This document shows positions 50,398 to 60,004 of a stretch of DNA of 64,000 bases, one piece after another (within the stretch, counting starts at the first letter, position 1; every line of letters begins with the position of its first letter). This stretch comes from an uncultured Clostridia bacterium. Its GTDB lineage: Bacteria > Bacillota > Clostridia > Oscillospirales > Ruminococcaceae. The DNA lies in the NCBI GenBank assembly GCA_947627235.1, contig CANQVG010000009.1, positions 2,376 through 66,375 of the forward strand. Reading direction: 5' to 3'. The notes below the pieces were generated by a model that saw only the letters and a list, made by a program, of their open reading frames with translations, had not been told where the DNA came from and did no database searches. Both the position numbers and the translations under genes were made by a program.

Positions 50398-52326
50398 TCA
50401 CACTTCGGCGTTTATGTATCTTGCCGCCTGCGTCGAGAACAGCTCGTAATAGATGCCCTCTTTTTTCATCAGCTCGGAGTGGGTGCCGATTTCGGCGAGA
50501 ACCCCGTTTTCGAGGACGAGTATCTTATTCGCAAGAGTGGCGCTCGAGAGCCTGTGCGACACAAAGAAAGTCGTTTTGTCCTTGCGCAGGCGGTCGAACT
50601 GGTTGAATATCTCCTGCTCGGCTATGGCGTCGAGCGAGGCGGTAGGCTCGTCGAGAATCAGTATATCCGAGTCGGAATAGAACGCTCTCGCGATGGCGAG
50701 CTTCTGCCACTGCCCTATCGACGGTTCAATTCCGTTCTGCTCAAACACTCTCATAAGCGGAGTATTGTATCCGTCGGGCAGATGGGTGATGAATTCGTCG
50801 GCGGCGCTGGCGGTCGCGGCGGCTTTGATGTTCTCCTGATTCATAGGCTTTGAAATCTCACCGAATGAGATGTTCTCGTTGACGGTAAAGGCGTATTTTC
50901 CGAAGTCCTGGAAGATTACGCCGTACATCGCGTAAAGCTCGTCGATGTCGTAATTTCGGATATCCTGACCGTCAAGGAGTATAGTCCCCTGAGTCGGGTC
51001 ATATAGACGCGTAAGAAGCTTTAAAAGCGTGGTCTTTCCTGCGCCGTTTAGTCCGACAAGCACAACGGTGTCTCCCGGGTTGATAATAAAGCTTATATTT
51101 TTAAGCACGTCTCTTTCGGTGCCGGGGTAGCGGAAATATACGTTTCTGAATTCTATGGTGTGACCGATGTGGCGGGTGACGTGGAGCGGCTTCTCGGCAA
51201 TAGAGACAATATGCTTTTTCTCGTTCATAAAGACAATCATATTGTCGATGAACAGCGTACCCTCATAGATGCTTGAGCTTGTGGCGACGAGTCCCGCGAC
51301 GCAGTTCGCGATGGAAGTCAGAGCGCCGGTATAGAGAGAATAGTCGCCTATCTGCCCGCTGCCGACCGTCACCGTATATGCGATGAAGAAGAACAGAGCG
51401 CAGTTGACCGAGGTGGTCACCAGCGAAATAGCTATGTTCCAGACGCCCTCAACGGTTATAAGACGGCGGATACCCGCGAAGTAGCGCTCAAAGACCTTTT
51501 TGTAGTTGAAGATAAATGTGTCGGAAAGACCGAAAAGGCGTATTTCCTTGACCATATCCTTGTTGACAAGCATATCCGAGTAGTAGGACATCTGCCTGCG
51601 CTCTTTTGAGTGGCGGCGCATATAGCGGAAGTTTTTGCGGCGGTATGAGAAGGTGATTATCGCGCTCGGGACGGAGAGAATGATGACTATAAGAGGCGCG
51701 AACCACGCGACCGCTGACAGAATCAAAATGAAGCTGACCGCTGAGATAAGTGTGCTGACGATGCCGAAGGTTGAGCGGATGACCTCTATCGGACGGGAAC
51801 CCGCCTCGCGGTTGGCATTTTCAAATTTTTCGTAGAACTCCGGCATATCGAAAGAGGCTATATCTATCTCTTTCGCCTTGTTCATTATCTTGCATTTGAC
51901 GTGGTTTGTGACTACTTCGCTTGAGGTTCTGGTTATCATATTGCTGATAACGTTGATGAGGTTGACGAAGAACATATATCCGAACTGCATAAGCATCGCT
52001 GGGAGCAGGGTGGAGGTGATGAGCGAAATACCGGGCGAATCCAGGGTCAGAACCAAGGCTATGTGGTTGAGAAGATTCGCCGAGATATATGCCGATATGA
52101 CGGGCGATACGCCGTTGAATACCGCCATAAAGACCATCATAAGCAGCAGGGATTTTTTAGCCTCCCACACGAGGCGGATTATGTATGTCAGCCTTGAGAA
52201 GAAACCGCCGAGCCGCCGGCGCAGATAATCGGGGACCTCTTTGAGATTTTTCGGCGGCGGTTCTTTCAGCTTTTCCGTCGCACTGCCGGGCGGGCCCCAG
52301 AAGCCCATAGGCGCATATGCTGCCAT
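50398..52326 (-). CDS. type-I ABC exporter, fused permease/ATPase (MsbA/multidrug-like half transporter)
   Basis: 642 aa with six N-terminal TM segments. Walker A is GLNGAGKTTLLK, the signature is SIGQWQKLAIARA and Walker B is ILILDEPT. Confidence 0.88.
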   Translation of the reverse strand: MAAYAPMGFWGPPGSATEKLKEPPPKNLKEVPDYLRRRLGGFFSRLTYIIRLVWEAKKSLLLMMVFMAVFNGVSPVISAYISANLLNHIALVLTLDSPGISLITSTLLPAMLMQFGYMFFVNLINVISNMITRTSSEVVTNHVKCKIMNKAKEIDIASFDMPEFYEKFENANREAGSRPIEVIRSTFGIVSTLISAVSFILILSAVAWFAPLIVIILSVPSAIITFSYRRKNFRYMRRHSKERRQMSYYSDMLVNKDMVKEIRLFGLSDTFIFNYKKVFERYFAGIRRLITVEGVWNIAISLVTTSVNCALFFFIAYTVTVGSGQIGDYSLYTGALTSIANCVAGLVATSSSIYEGTLFIDNMIVFMNEKKHIVSIAEKPLHVTRHIGHTIEFRNVYFRYPGTERDVLKNISFIINPGDTVVLVGLNGAGKTTLLKLLTRLYDPTQGTILLDGQDIRNYDIDELYAMYGVIFQDFGKYAFTVNENISFGEISKPMNQENIKAAATASAADEFITHLPDGYNTPLMRVFEQNGIEPSIGQWQKLAIARAFYSDSDILILDEPTASLDAIAEQEIFNQFDRLRKDKTTFFVSHRLSSATLANKILVLENGVLAEIGTHSELMKKEGIYYELFSTQAARYINAEV

Positions 52327-52591
52327 AATAGTTACCTCCCAAATTCATTTTCACATCGCGGATTTATTAACTCATTATTGAATTATACCACACCGCTTAT
52401 TTGTTTTCAACAGTTTTTACGAAATAATGACGCGATAAATATGGTCAAAAGACCGAAATTTATCGGTGAAACTTGCGATTTGTCATATATCCCCCTCAGC
52501 GGCTTTGACGTCTGCGAATCCGCTTGCAAAGAAAGCGGCGCTATGTTAAAATAGATACAAGTTTACCGGACATTATAACGGAGGATTTGAT

Positions 52592-53905
52592 ATGATAATT
52601 AAGTTTTTAAGACTTACCGCCCTTTTGGTTGCCCTTGTACTGTCGTTCACTCTTGCCGGGTGTTCGGACGGTGAAAAGAAGATAAGAGACGACGACCTGT
52701 TTGTGCCGGACCTGACCGGCGCGCAGGAGGGGGAAGCCGTGGAGGTAGACCTTGACACCGAATACCAGACTATTAAGGGCTTCGGAGGTATCAACTATCC
52801 CGGCTGGATAGAAGACCTGTCGCAGAAGCAGCGCGAGACGGCGTTTTTAAACGGTGAGGACCAACTCGGTTTTACAATTTTAAGGATACACGTCGACCCG
52901 AACAGGAATAACTGGGAAAAGGAGCTTGAAACAGCAAAATACGCTCAGAAGCAGGGCGCACTGATATTTGCGTCTCCTTGGAACCCGCCCGACAGTATGA
53001 CGGAAAAATTCAACCATAACGGCAACGCGAACGCTCAGCGTCTGAGGCACGACAAATACGCCGAATACGCTCAGCACCTCAACGACTTTGTCACTTTTAT
53101 GCGCGAGGGCGGAGTTGAGCTCTACGCTATTTCGATTCAGAACGAGCCGGACTTTGCCGACGAATGGACCTGGTGGTCGACCGAGGAGATAATAGACTTC
53201 ATCGTGAATTACTCCGACGCTATAGACTGTCGGATAATGTCGCCCGAGGCTTTCCAGTACAGAAAGGACTTTTACAACGCCATTATCAACAACGAGGAGG
53301 CTCTCTCGCGGGTCGACGTTTTCGGCACGCACTTCTACGGAACTCAGAAGCAGGATATGGCGTATCCGCTCTTTGAGGAGAAGTGCGGTGATAAGGAGCT
53401 GTGGATGACGGAGGTATACGTCCCCAACAGCTCGAGCGACGCCGACACATGGCCCGAAGCGATAGAAGTTGCCGTTAATATGCACGACGGTCTTGTGACA
53501 GGCAATATGCAGGCGTATGTCTGGTGGTATATCCGGCGCTTCTACAGTCCGATGAAGGAGGACGGAAGCATTTCTAAACGCGGTTATATGATGGCGCATT
53601 ACTCGAAGTTTGTCCGCCCGGGATTTATAAGGGTGGATATAAAGGAGTCGCCGACTTACGGGGTGAGTCTGTCGGCATACAAAGGCGAGGGTCAGACCGT
53701 GATAGTTGCGATTAACAACACCTTTGCCGACTATGCGCAGGAGTTCAGCCTGAAAGGCGCGGGCGATATCGGGTACATAGAAGCATATACCACCGATGCC
53801 TCAAGAAATCTGGAGCGCACCGGCAACATAGCGTTTGACGGCAGCACTTTTGGGTACGTACTGCCGCCGAAAAGCGTGACGACTTTTGTGATTTCCGATA
53901 ATTAA
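52592..53905 (+). CDS. xynC: GH30 glucuronoxylanase-like lipoprotein (XynC-like)
   Basis: Lipobox LAGC. There are long stretches closely resembling my recollection of B. subtilis XynC: GFGGINYPGW, QRETAF, LGFTILRIHVD, FASPWNPP, YAISIQNEPD, LWMTEVY, AYVWWYIRR, KRGYMMAHYSKFVRPG and SVTTFV. Confidence 0.85.
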   Translation: MIIKFLRLTALLVALVLSFTLAGCSDGEKKIRDDDLFVPDLTGAQEGEAVEVDLDTEYQTIKGFGGINYPGWIEDLSQKQRETAFLNGEDQLGFTILRIHVDPNRNNWEKELETAKYAQKQGALIFASPWNPPDSMTEKFNHNGNANAQRLRHDKYAEYAQHLNDFVTFMREGGVELYAISIQNEPDFADEWTWWSTEEIIDFIVNYSDAIDCRIMSPEAFQYRKDFYNAIINNEEALSRVDVFGTHFYGTQKQDMAYPLFEEKCGDKELWMTEVYVPNSSSDADTWPEAIEVAVNMHDGLVTGNMQAYVWWYIRRFYSPMKEDGSISKRGYMMAHYSKFVRPGFIRVDIKESPTYGVSLSAYKGEGQTVIVAINNTFADYAQEFSLKGAGDIGYIEAYTTDASRNLERTGNIAFDGSTFGYVLPPKSVTTFVISDN

Positions 53906-53913
53906 AATAATGA

Positions 53914-54025
53914 GTTTGCGCCTTGGTGCGGGCGAAGCCCGAGCCGCCGAAGGCGGCTGAGCGAGACACAAAGCGTCTCGCTCCCGCGCACTCCGTGCGC
54001 GGCGGGCTTCGCCCTCGCAGCGCGG
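53914..54025. repeat. GC-rich multi-hairpin element D (same family as element A)
   Basis: The left end tttgcgccttggtgcgggcgaagccc (53914-53940) matches both termini of element A. Three internal hairpins lie at 53942-53958, 53960-53982 and 53984-54002. The closing gggcttcgccc is at 54004-54014. Confidence 0.65.
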
Positions 54026-54105
54026 AACTTAAGCTTTGCGCTCTTTTTGCTGACGGCACTTCGGAGCGCGAAATTTTGGAACCATACTTACCAAAGGAGC
54101 GGAAT

Positions 54106-54588
54106 ATGAGCTATATCGAAGTCAGCTACCCCAAACGGCGCGGGGAGGAATTTTATAAAATGCTCAAAGAGCAGCTTGAGCTTTACACCGGCGGCGAGCG
54201 CGACCAAACCGCCGTGCTTGCAAATGCGTCGTCGGTGCTTGCGCAGGCGTTTCCGGAGGCGAACTGGGTCGGCTTTTATCTGGTCGACGCCGGCGAGCTG
54301 AGGCTCGGACCGTTTCAGGGCAGACCCGCCGTTACGAGAATCGGATACGGTCTCGGAGTGTGCGGAAGCGCGTGGAAAAGATGCGAGGCGATAGTTGTAG
54401 ATGAGGTGGAGTGCTTCGAGGGACACATCGCCTGCGACTGCAATACCCATTCGGAAATCGTCGTACCGCTCAAAAGCGACGGCGAAATATGGTGTGTAAT
54501 GGATATGGACAGCGTGATACCGTCGCATTTTACAGAGGAGGACAGAGCGGGACTTGAGGGCTGCCTCGATCGGCTTTTGCGCCGATAA
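54106..54588 (+). CDS. msrC: GAF-domain protein, free methionine-(R)-sulfoxide reductase-like
   Basis: The start is taken at MSYIEVSY (AAAGGAG RBS). Motifs are NWVGFYLV, GPFQGRPA, GVCGSAW, HIACDCNTHSEIVVPL. Confidence 0.72.
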   Translation: MSYIEVSYPKRRGEEFYKMLKEQLELYTGGERDQTAVLANASSVLAQAFPEANWVGFYLVDAGELRLGPFQGRPAVTRIGYGLGVCGSAWKRCEAIVVDEVECFEGHIACDCNTHSEIVVPLKSDGEIWCVMDMDSVIPSHFTEEDRAGLEGCLDRLLRR

Positions 54589-54837
54589 ATCCGCTGTGTA
54601 AGACCCTTTGACAGACAAACCCGCCGACGTCTGCTATACCGGGGCCAAGTTGAAATGCCTATGAGACTTCGGAACAAAATATTAAATCTGCGGGCGAATA
54701 TGGGGTTTGCAGTAAAGCTTGCCGACGAGGTTTATGTCACCCTTGAGACCGCCTCGAACCGTAAAACAAGGGATCTGTTCGGCGCGCGGTAAAAAATATC
54801 GGCAGAAGCGGCATCGCTGAAAGCTGATTTTCTTTCT

Positions 54838-54866
54838 CTTGACAATATTTTCCCGTTGGAGTATAC
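54838..54866 (+). promoter_or_regulatory. sigma-A promoter of the lipoprotein-MBOAT-DHHW operon
   Basis: TTGACA 54838-54843, a 17-nt spacer, then TATACT 54861-54866. Confidence 0.6.
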
Positions 54867-54959
54867 TTATTTAGCTAAAATTTTTGTGTTATGCAATATT
54901 TTGGGCATCTAAAACGTATTATAAGTGCAGACGCAAAAAACATAAAAAGGAGAAACAAA

Positions 54960-55676
54960 ATGAAAAAATTACTCGCAATTATTCTTACACTCGCTATGAT
55001 TCTTTCGCTCGCTGCCTGCGGCGAAACCGCCCCTACTCCCGGTCCCGATTCGTCCGAAACGACCGCCGCCCCCGACGGTGAAGAGTCGGTTACTCCGGAG
55101 GAGGACAGTGCCGAGCAGGAGAGCGCGCTCGAAACGCTCACAAGAATATGGGACGCCTATCCCGCCGACGAGGAAGGCAACAAGTTTATGACCTTCGGCG
55201 GCGACTACCACGAGGAAAATCAGGTTGAAAACGCCCCCGGCTGGCACAGCATCGACACCGCCGAGGACGCGGAATCTCTGGATACAAACTTCGGTCTTCC
55301 CGCATCTATGGTTTCGTCGGTCTCAAGAGTAGCCTGCATACGCCATATGCTCAATGCCAACACCTTCACCTGCTCGGCTTATGAGGTCATTCAGCCCGAA
55401 AACGCCGACGTCGATAACGTACAGGCTGTTGCCGACGCCCTCAGAGACGGTCTTATGAACCGCGCCTATATGTGCGGCTGGCCGGAGCAGCTCGAGGTCT
55501 ACTCGGTGGGAAAGAGCACCGTTGTATGCTTCTTCGGCGCGCTGGATATCGTGAACGCCTTCAAGGACGCGCTTGTAAGCGTTTACGGCGACGACTGTGC
55601 GCAGCTTTACGAAGAGGATATGTCTGAAGCCGGCGGCGACAACACTTTCGGCTTCCCTGTTCCCGAGCTCGGATAA
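54960..55676 (+). CDS. lipoprotein, unknown function
   Basis: The start is taken at MKKLLAIILTLAMILSLAACG (lipobox). 238 aa with an acidic N-terminal linker. Confidence 0.5.
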   Translation: MKKLLAIILTLAMILSLAACGETAPTPGPDSSETTAAPDGEESVTPEEDSAEQESALETLTRIWDAYPADEEGNKFMTFGGDYHEENQVENAPGWHSIDTAEDAESLDTNFGLPASMVSSVSRVACIRHMLNANTFTCSAYEVIQPENADVDNVQAVADALRDGLMNRAYMCGWPEQLEVYSVGKSTVVCFFGALDIVNAFKDALVSVYGDDCAQLYEEDMSEAGGDNTFGFPVPELG

Positions 55677-55737
55677 ACTTTCAGAAAAGCGCCCCTGCTT
55701 TGAAACCGCAGGGGCAGTACTTTATGAGGACAATACA

Positions 55738-57141
55738 ATGGTATTTTCAAGCATACCCTTTCTTTATTACTTCCTGCCGGCGGTAATCGCGGTATACTTT
55801 ATAGCGCCGAAGCGTCTCAAAAACGCGGTGCTGCTGATTTTCAGCCTTGGATTTTACGCTTGGGGCGAGCCGAGATTCGTATGGTTTATGCTTATTTCAA
55901 TCGCGCAGGGCTATATCCTCGGGCTGCTGATTGAGCGCTTTCGTGAAAAAAAGGCTCTTTCCCGGCTCTTTATGATTCTCTCCTGCCTGATAAGTCTCGG
56001 GCTTCTTGTTTACTGCAAATACGCCGACTTCTTCATCACCAATTTCAACGTCCTGACAGGTCTGTCGCTGCCTCTCCTCGGAATCGCCCTGCCGATAGGA
56101 ATAAGCTTTTACACGTTCCAGATACTCAGCTACACCGTCGACGTTTGGCGGGGAACGGTTTCGGCGCAGAAAAACCCGATAGACCTCGGCGCTTATGTCG
56201 CGATGTTCCCGCAGCTTATAGCCGGACCAATCGTCCGCTATTCCGACATAGCCGATCAGCTCAGGGAGCGCACCGTTTCTCTTGAAAAGATATCCGCCGG
56301 CGCGCGTCGGTTTGTTATCGGTCTTGCCAAAAAGGTACTGATAGCGAATCAGCTCGGCGAGCTTATAAGCGTCTTCAAGGCTTCGGGGGATAAATCGGTG
56401 CTGTATATGTGGATATACGCGGTTGCGTATTCGATTCACATTTACTTCGACTTCTCGGGCTACTCCGATATGGCTATCGGTCTCGGAAAGATTTTCGGCT
56501 TCGACTTCCCCGAAAATTTCAACTATCCGTTTATATCAAAAAGCGCGACGGAGTTCTGGCGGCGCTGGCATATGACCCTCGGCGGCTGGTTCCGCGACTA
56601 CGTCTACATCCCGATGGGCGGCAATCGCGTTTCAAAGCCGCGCTGGTTCCTCAACATCTTCACCGTCTGGTTCCTAACCGGCTTCTGGCATGGCGCCGCG
56701 TGGACGTTTATCGTCTGGGGACTTTTCTTCGCGGTGCTTCTTGTGGCTGAAAAGCTCTGCTACCTTAAATACCTCGAAAAATCGAAATTCCTTGCGCACA
56801 TTTATAAGATACTGTTCGTGGCGGTGAGTTTCACCCTCTTCGACTCGGCGTCGCTTTCGGAAGCCTTCCGAAATATAGGCGCGCTGTTCGGAGCGGGAGG
56901 TCTGCCGCTCGTGTCGGCGGAGGCGTTCTACAATCTGAGAAGCTACGCGGTCATACTGATTATAGGAATAATAGGTTCTACTCCGTTGATAAAGAAGCTT
57001 CTTGCAAGATTTGCGGCTTCGCCGAAGCGCGAAAAGCTTCTTAACATTGCAGAACCGATAGCGCTGGTTGTGCTTCTCGCGATGAGCACCGGATATCTTG
57101 TGGACGGCTCCTTTAACCCGTTCCTTTACTTCAGATTCTGA
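55738..57141 (+). CDS. MBOAT-family O-acyltransferase (AlgI/DltB/PatA-like)
   Basis: The start is taken at MVFSSIPFLYYFLP. It contains FWRRWHMTLGGWFRDYVYIPMGGNR and FLTGFWHGAAW (conserved His). Confidence 0.88.
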   Translation: MVFSSIPFLYYFLPAVIAVYFIAPKRLKNAVLLIFSLGFYAWGEPRFVWFMLISIAQGYILGLLIERFREKKALSRLFMILSCLISLGLLVYCKYADFFITNFNVLTGLSLPLLGIALPIGISFYTFQILSYTVDVWRGTVSAQKNPIDLGAYVAMFPQLIAGPIVRYSDIADQLRERTVSLEKISAGARRFVIGLAKKVLIANQLGELISVFKASGDKSVLYMWIYAVAYSIHIYFDFSGYSDMAIGLGKIFGFDFPENFNYPFISKSATEFWRRWHMTLGGWFRDYVYIPMGGNRVSKPRWFLNIFTVWFLTGFWHGAAWTFIVWGLFFAVLLVAEKLCYLKYLEKSKFLAHIYKILFVAVSFTLFDSASLSEAFRNIGALFGAGGLPLVSAEAFYNLRSYAVILIIGIIGSTPLIKKLLARFAASPKREKLLNIAEPIALVVLLAMSTGYLVDGSFNPFLYFRF

Positions 57142-57154
57142 GGAGGCGGAAAAT

Positions 57155-58255
57155 ATGAATACCAGAATAAAAAACGCGGTAGTCGCGGCGCTGTGCGGGC
57201 TATGGATATTCGGCTTTGCGCTCTGGGGACTGATTGAGCCTGACCGTGAAATTTCGGTGAGCGAGCGCCGCAAGCTTGCGCAGATGCCCAAGATGAGCGC
57301 GGAATCGCTTCTCGACGGCAGCTTTACTTCGAGCTTTGAAAAGTATTCTGCCGACCGTTTCCCCCTGCGCGACAGCTTTCGGCGCATAAAATCGGTGAGC
57401 GAATACTATGTGTTCAAGCAGCTCGACTCCAACAATATCTACCTTATAAACGGCTATGCCTCGCAGCTTGAGTATCCGCTCAAGGAAAGCTCGGTGGAAA
57501 ACGCCGCGAAGCGTTTCGGGTATCTCTACGACACCTATCTTAGGGACTCGGGCGGAAAGGTTTACCTCTCAATCATACCCGACAAGAATTACTTCCTCGC
57601 CGAGGAGGGCGGCTATCCCCACATCGACTTTGACGAGATGATATCCTCGCTTCGCGAAAAGGTCGACTTCGCGGAATACATCGACATTATCCCGACGCTC
57701 GACATCTCAGACTATTACCGCACCGACACCCACTGGCGTCAGGAAAAGCTCGAAGACACCGCAAAGGCGCTTGCCGAGGGACTTGGGGTGGAACTGAAGC
57801 TTGAATACGAGCAAAAAAAGCACGAAAAACCGTTTTACGGGGTCTACTACGGACAGTCGGCGCTGCCGCTTGCGGGGGAGGATATGTATTATCTCGACAA
57901 CGAGCTGTTTGATTCGGTAAAAGTCTATAACCTCGAAGCTCAGGACTATACGCCTGTTTACGACCTTGAGCGTGCGGACGGCTATGACCCCTACGAGATT
58001 TATCTTAGCGGACCGCGTTCGGTTATGGTTATCGAGAATCCGAACGCCGATACCGACCGCAGGCTTGTCATCTTCCGCGACTCCTTCGGTTCCTCTATAG
58101 CTCCGTTCCTTATTGAGGCTTACTCGAAAATAACGCTCGTAGACATAAGATATCTTGCGAGTCCGATGCTTAAGAACTTCGTAGACTTTGAAAACTCTGA
58201 CGCGCTGTTTTTATACAGCACGCTCGTCCTCAACAACAGTGAGACGTTTAAATAA
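57155..58255 (+). CDS. DHHW-motif (AlgJ/AlgX-N-like SGNH) protein, partner of MBOAT
   Basis: The start is taken at MNTRIKNAVV (GAGGAGG RBS). It has an N-terminal TM and the DHHW-type motif YYRTDTHW. Confidence 0.7.
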   Translation: MNTRIKNAVVAALCGLWIFGFALWGLIEPDREISVSERRKLAQMPKMSAESLLDGSFTSSFEKYSADRFPLRDSFRRIKSVSEYYVFKQLDSNNIYLINGYASQLEYPLKESSVENAAKRFGYLYDTYLRDSGGKVYLSIIPDKNYFLAEEGGYPHIDFDEMISSLREKVDFAEYIDIIPTLDISDYYRTDTHWRQEKLEDTAKALAEGLGVELKLEYEQKKHEKPFYGVYYGQSALPLAGEDMYYLDNELFDSVKVYNLEAQDYTPVYDLERADGYDPYEIYLSGPRSVMVIENPNADTDRRLVIFRDSFGSSIAPFLIEAYSKITLVDIRYLASPMLKNFVDFENSDALFLYSTLVLNNSETFK

Positions 58256-58270
58256 AACGGCCGTATATTC

Positions 58271-58310
58271 AAAAAAGCGCCCTTAAGTTTGGCTTAAGGA
58301 CGCTTTCGTT
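58271..58310. terminator. bidirectional terminator
   Basis: aaaaaagcgcccttaag-tttgg-cttaaggacgctttcgttt. Confidence 0.7.
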
Positions 58311-58858
58311 TATTTTATCATTCTGTCGGCGAGCGGACGCAGTTTTACCGCGAGAGCTGACGCCGCAATTATTTTGAGGACGTCGCCTATAAGAAAAGGC
58401 GTCACACAGGTTAAAAGCGCCGGAATTATCTTTGAACCGGTGAGCAGACAGAACCACGCCGTCCCGAAAGCGTAGAGCAGAGCTGTTCCGAGCGTCATTC
58501 CGACGGGGTACGCCCACGCCTTTTTGAATTTATCGGCAAAAAGTCCGGTGATGTACGCACAGGGTATGTAGCCTACCATATAGCCGCCGGTGGCTCCGAA
58601 AAGCCGTTGGATTCCTCCCGCAAAGCCCGAAAATACCGGCAGACCTATAAAACCGAGCAGCAGGTAAATCATAACCGCAGTCCCGCCGAGCTTTTTTCCC
58701 AGTACCGCTCCCGAAAGATAGACCGCAAATGTCGCAAGCGTTACGGATATCGGTCCCACCGGCACTGCAAAGGGTGAAATTATGCACATAAACGCCGCGA
58801 AGATTCCCGCGGCGGTCATATGCCGCAGCGCCGACGCGGATTTTTCCTTGATAGTCAT
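58310..58858 (-). CDS. bioY: biotin transporter BioY (ECF S-component)
   Basis: 182 aa with six TM segments, containing PFAVPVGPISVTLATFAVYLSGAVLG and GATGGYMVGY. Confidence 0.85.
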   Translation of the reverse strand: MTIKEKSASALRHMTAAGIFAAFMCIISPFAVPVGPISVTLATFAVYLSGAVLGKKLGGTAVMIYLLLGFIGLPVFSGFAGGIQRLFGATGGYMVGYIPCAYITGLFADKFKKAWAYPVGMTLGTALLYAFGTAWFCLLTGSKIIPALLTCVTPFLIGDVLKIIAASALAVKLRPLADRMIK

Positions 58859-58860
58859 AG

Positions 58861-59991
58861 CTATACCTCCGAATAATTGCCAAGGAATTTGAAGCTTTCG
58901 CAGGTCTGCTCAAGGCTTTCGAGCATCGCGGCAATTCTCGGGTCGCGTACCGAACCCTGCATCTCGAAGAAGAACATAAACTGAAAGTCCTGCCCGACTA
59001 TCGGACAGCTTTCGAGCTTTATGAGGTTTATTTCGAGAGCCGTCAGCTTGGCGAGAATCTCGTAGAGCGCGCCGGGACGGTGCTTTAGTGCGAGTATAAG
59101 GCTGATTCTGTCCGCGCCGGGGTAAATCTCGGCGTCCTTGGAGAGACAGATGAAGCGGGTATAGTTGTTGTCGCTGTTCTGGATTCTGGTGGCTATCGGG
59201 ACAAGTCCGTAGAGTTCGCAGGCGGAGTGAGAGGCTATAGCCGCTATATCGCCGAATTCGCTTCTTGCGGCAAGCTCAGCCGCCATAGCGGTGTTTGGAC
59301 AGGGCTGAATCCTGACCCTGCTTCCGAGGCTTTTCAGAAACTCGGAACACTGTCCGAGAGCCTGCTCGTGAGAGCGTATTTCGCGTATGTCTTCGAGTTT
59401 TGCGCCCGGCTTTGCCAGAAGCTCGTGACTCACAAAGAGCCTCTCGCTCCTCACGATTCTCAGGTTTTTGCGGTTTAAAAGCTCGTAATTCGCTCTTACC
59501 GAGCCGTTTGAGCTGTTCTCTATCGGCACGACGCCGAAACGGCAGAGTCCGTTTTCGACGGCGTCAAAAACCGCCTCGAAGCTCTTGAAGAACATAAGAT
59601 TTCCACGCGGGAACATTCTGTCGGCTGCCATCTGGGCATAAGCGCCCTCGACGCCCTGCACGGCGACGGTTCCGCTCTGCGGAAATTCTCCGCAGTTTTT
59701 TGAAAGCGCGTCCTTAAGCTCGGCTTTTACCTTTGCGCCGACGGGATTCTTACACTCGCGGTAAGCGCGTCCAAGCTCGAAAAGCGAGCTGTAAAACCTG
59801 TGTATATACGGCTCCATATCGCCGCTGCGTTCTTCCGCCCACCTTAGCATCTCGCGCTCGCGGGACTTTATCTCCGCGGGAGAAAGCGGGGCTTCGGACG
59901 CCATTGCCGAAAGCTCCATACGTTTTAAAATCAGCGGCAGAAGCTCGCGGTCGAGTTCGTCTATATTGTTTCTTATCTCGTTAAGCTCCAT
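58861..59991 (-). CDS. pheA: bifunctional chorismate mutase / prephenate dehydratase
   Basis: 376 aa with an N-terminal CM helix bundle (IDELDRELLPLILKRMEL). The PDT domain has VAVQGVEGAYAQMAA and TRF. A C-terminal ACT domain is present. Confidence 0.87.
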   Translation of the reverse strand: MELNEIRNNIDELDRELLPLILKRMELSAMASEAPLSPAEIKSREREMLRWAEERSGDMEPYIHRFYSSLFELGRAYRECKNPVGAKVKAELKDALSKNCGEFPQSGTVAVQGVEGAYAQMAADRMFPRGNLMFFKSFEAVFDAVENGLCRFGVVPIENSSNGSVRANYELLNRKNLRIVRSERLFVSHELLAKPGAKLEDIREIRSHEQALGQCSEFLKSLGSRVRIQPCPNTAMAAELAARSEFGDIAAIASHSACELYGLVPIATRIQNSDNNYTRFICLSKDAEIYPGADRISLILALKHRPGALYEILAKLTALEINLIKLESCPIVGQDFQFMFFFEMQGSVRDPRIAAMLESLEQTCESFKFLGNYSEV

Positions 59992-60004
59992 TTTCAGACC
60001 TCCG

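Noticed and set aside
49603-52326. Intact integrative element/prophage at tRNA-Leu
   Set aside because: There is no integrase, excisionase, replication or structural gene on either side within the window, only a 234-bp spacer between the direct repeats.
53923-54105. 61-aa N-terminal extension of the GAF-domain ORF (start at 53923)
   Set aside because: The extension is a translation of hairpin element D. The ATG at 54106 has an AAAGGAG RBS and gives a normal-length GAF protein. Similar 5' extensions were trimmed for murC (10875), the surface protein (20379), ATPase 1 (22505), GH26-like (36321), MBOAT (55597), DHHW (57098), the lipoprotein (54891) and the XRE-TM gene (48946).
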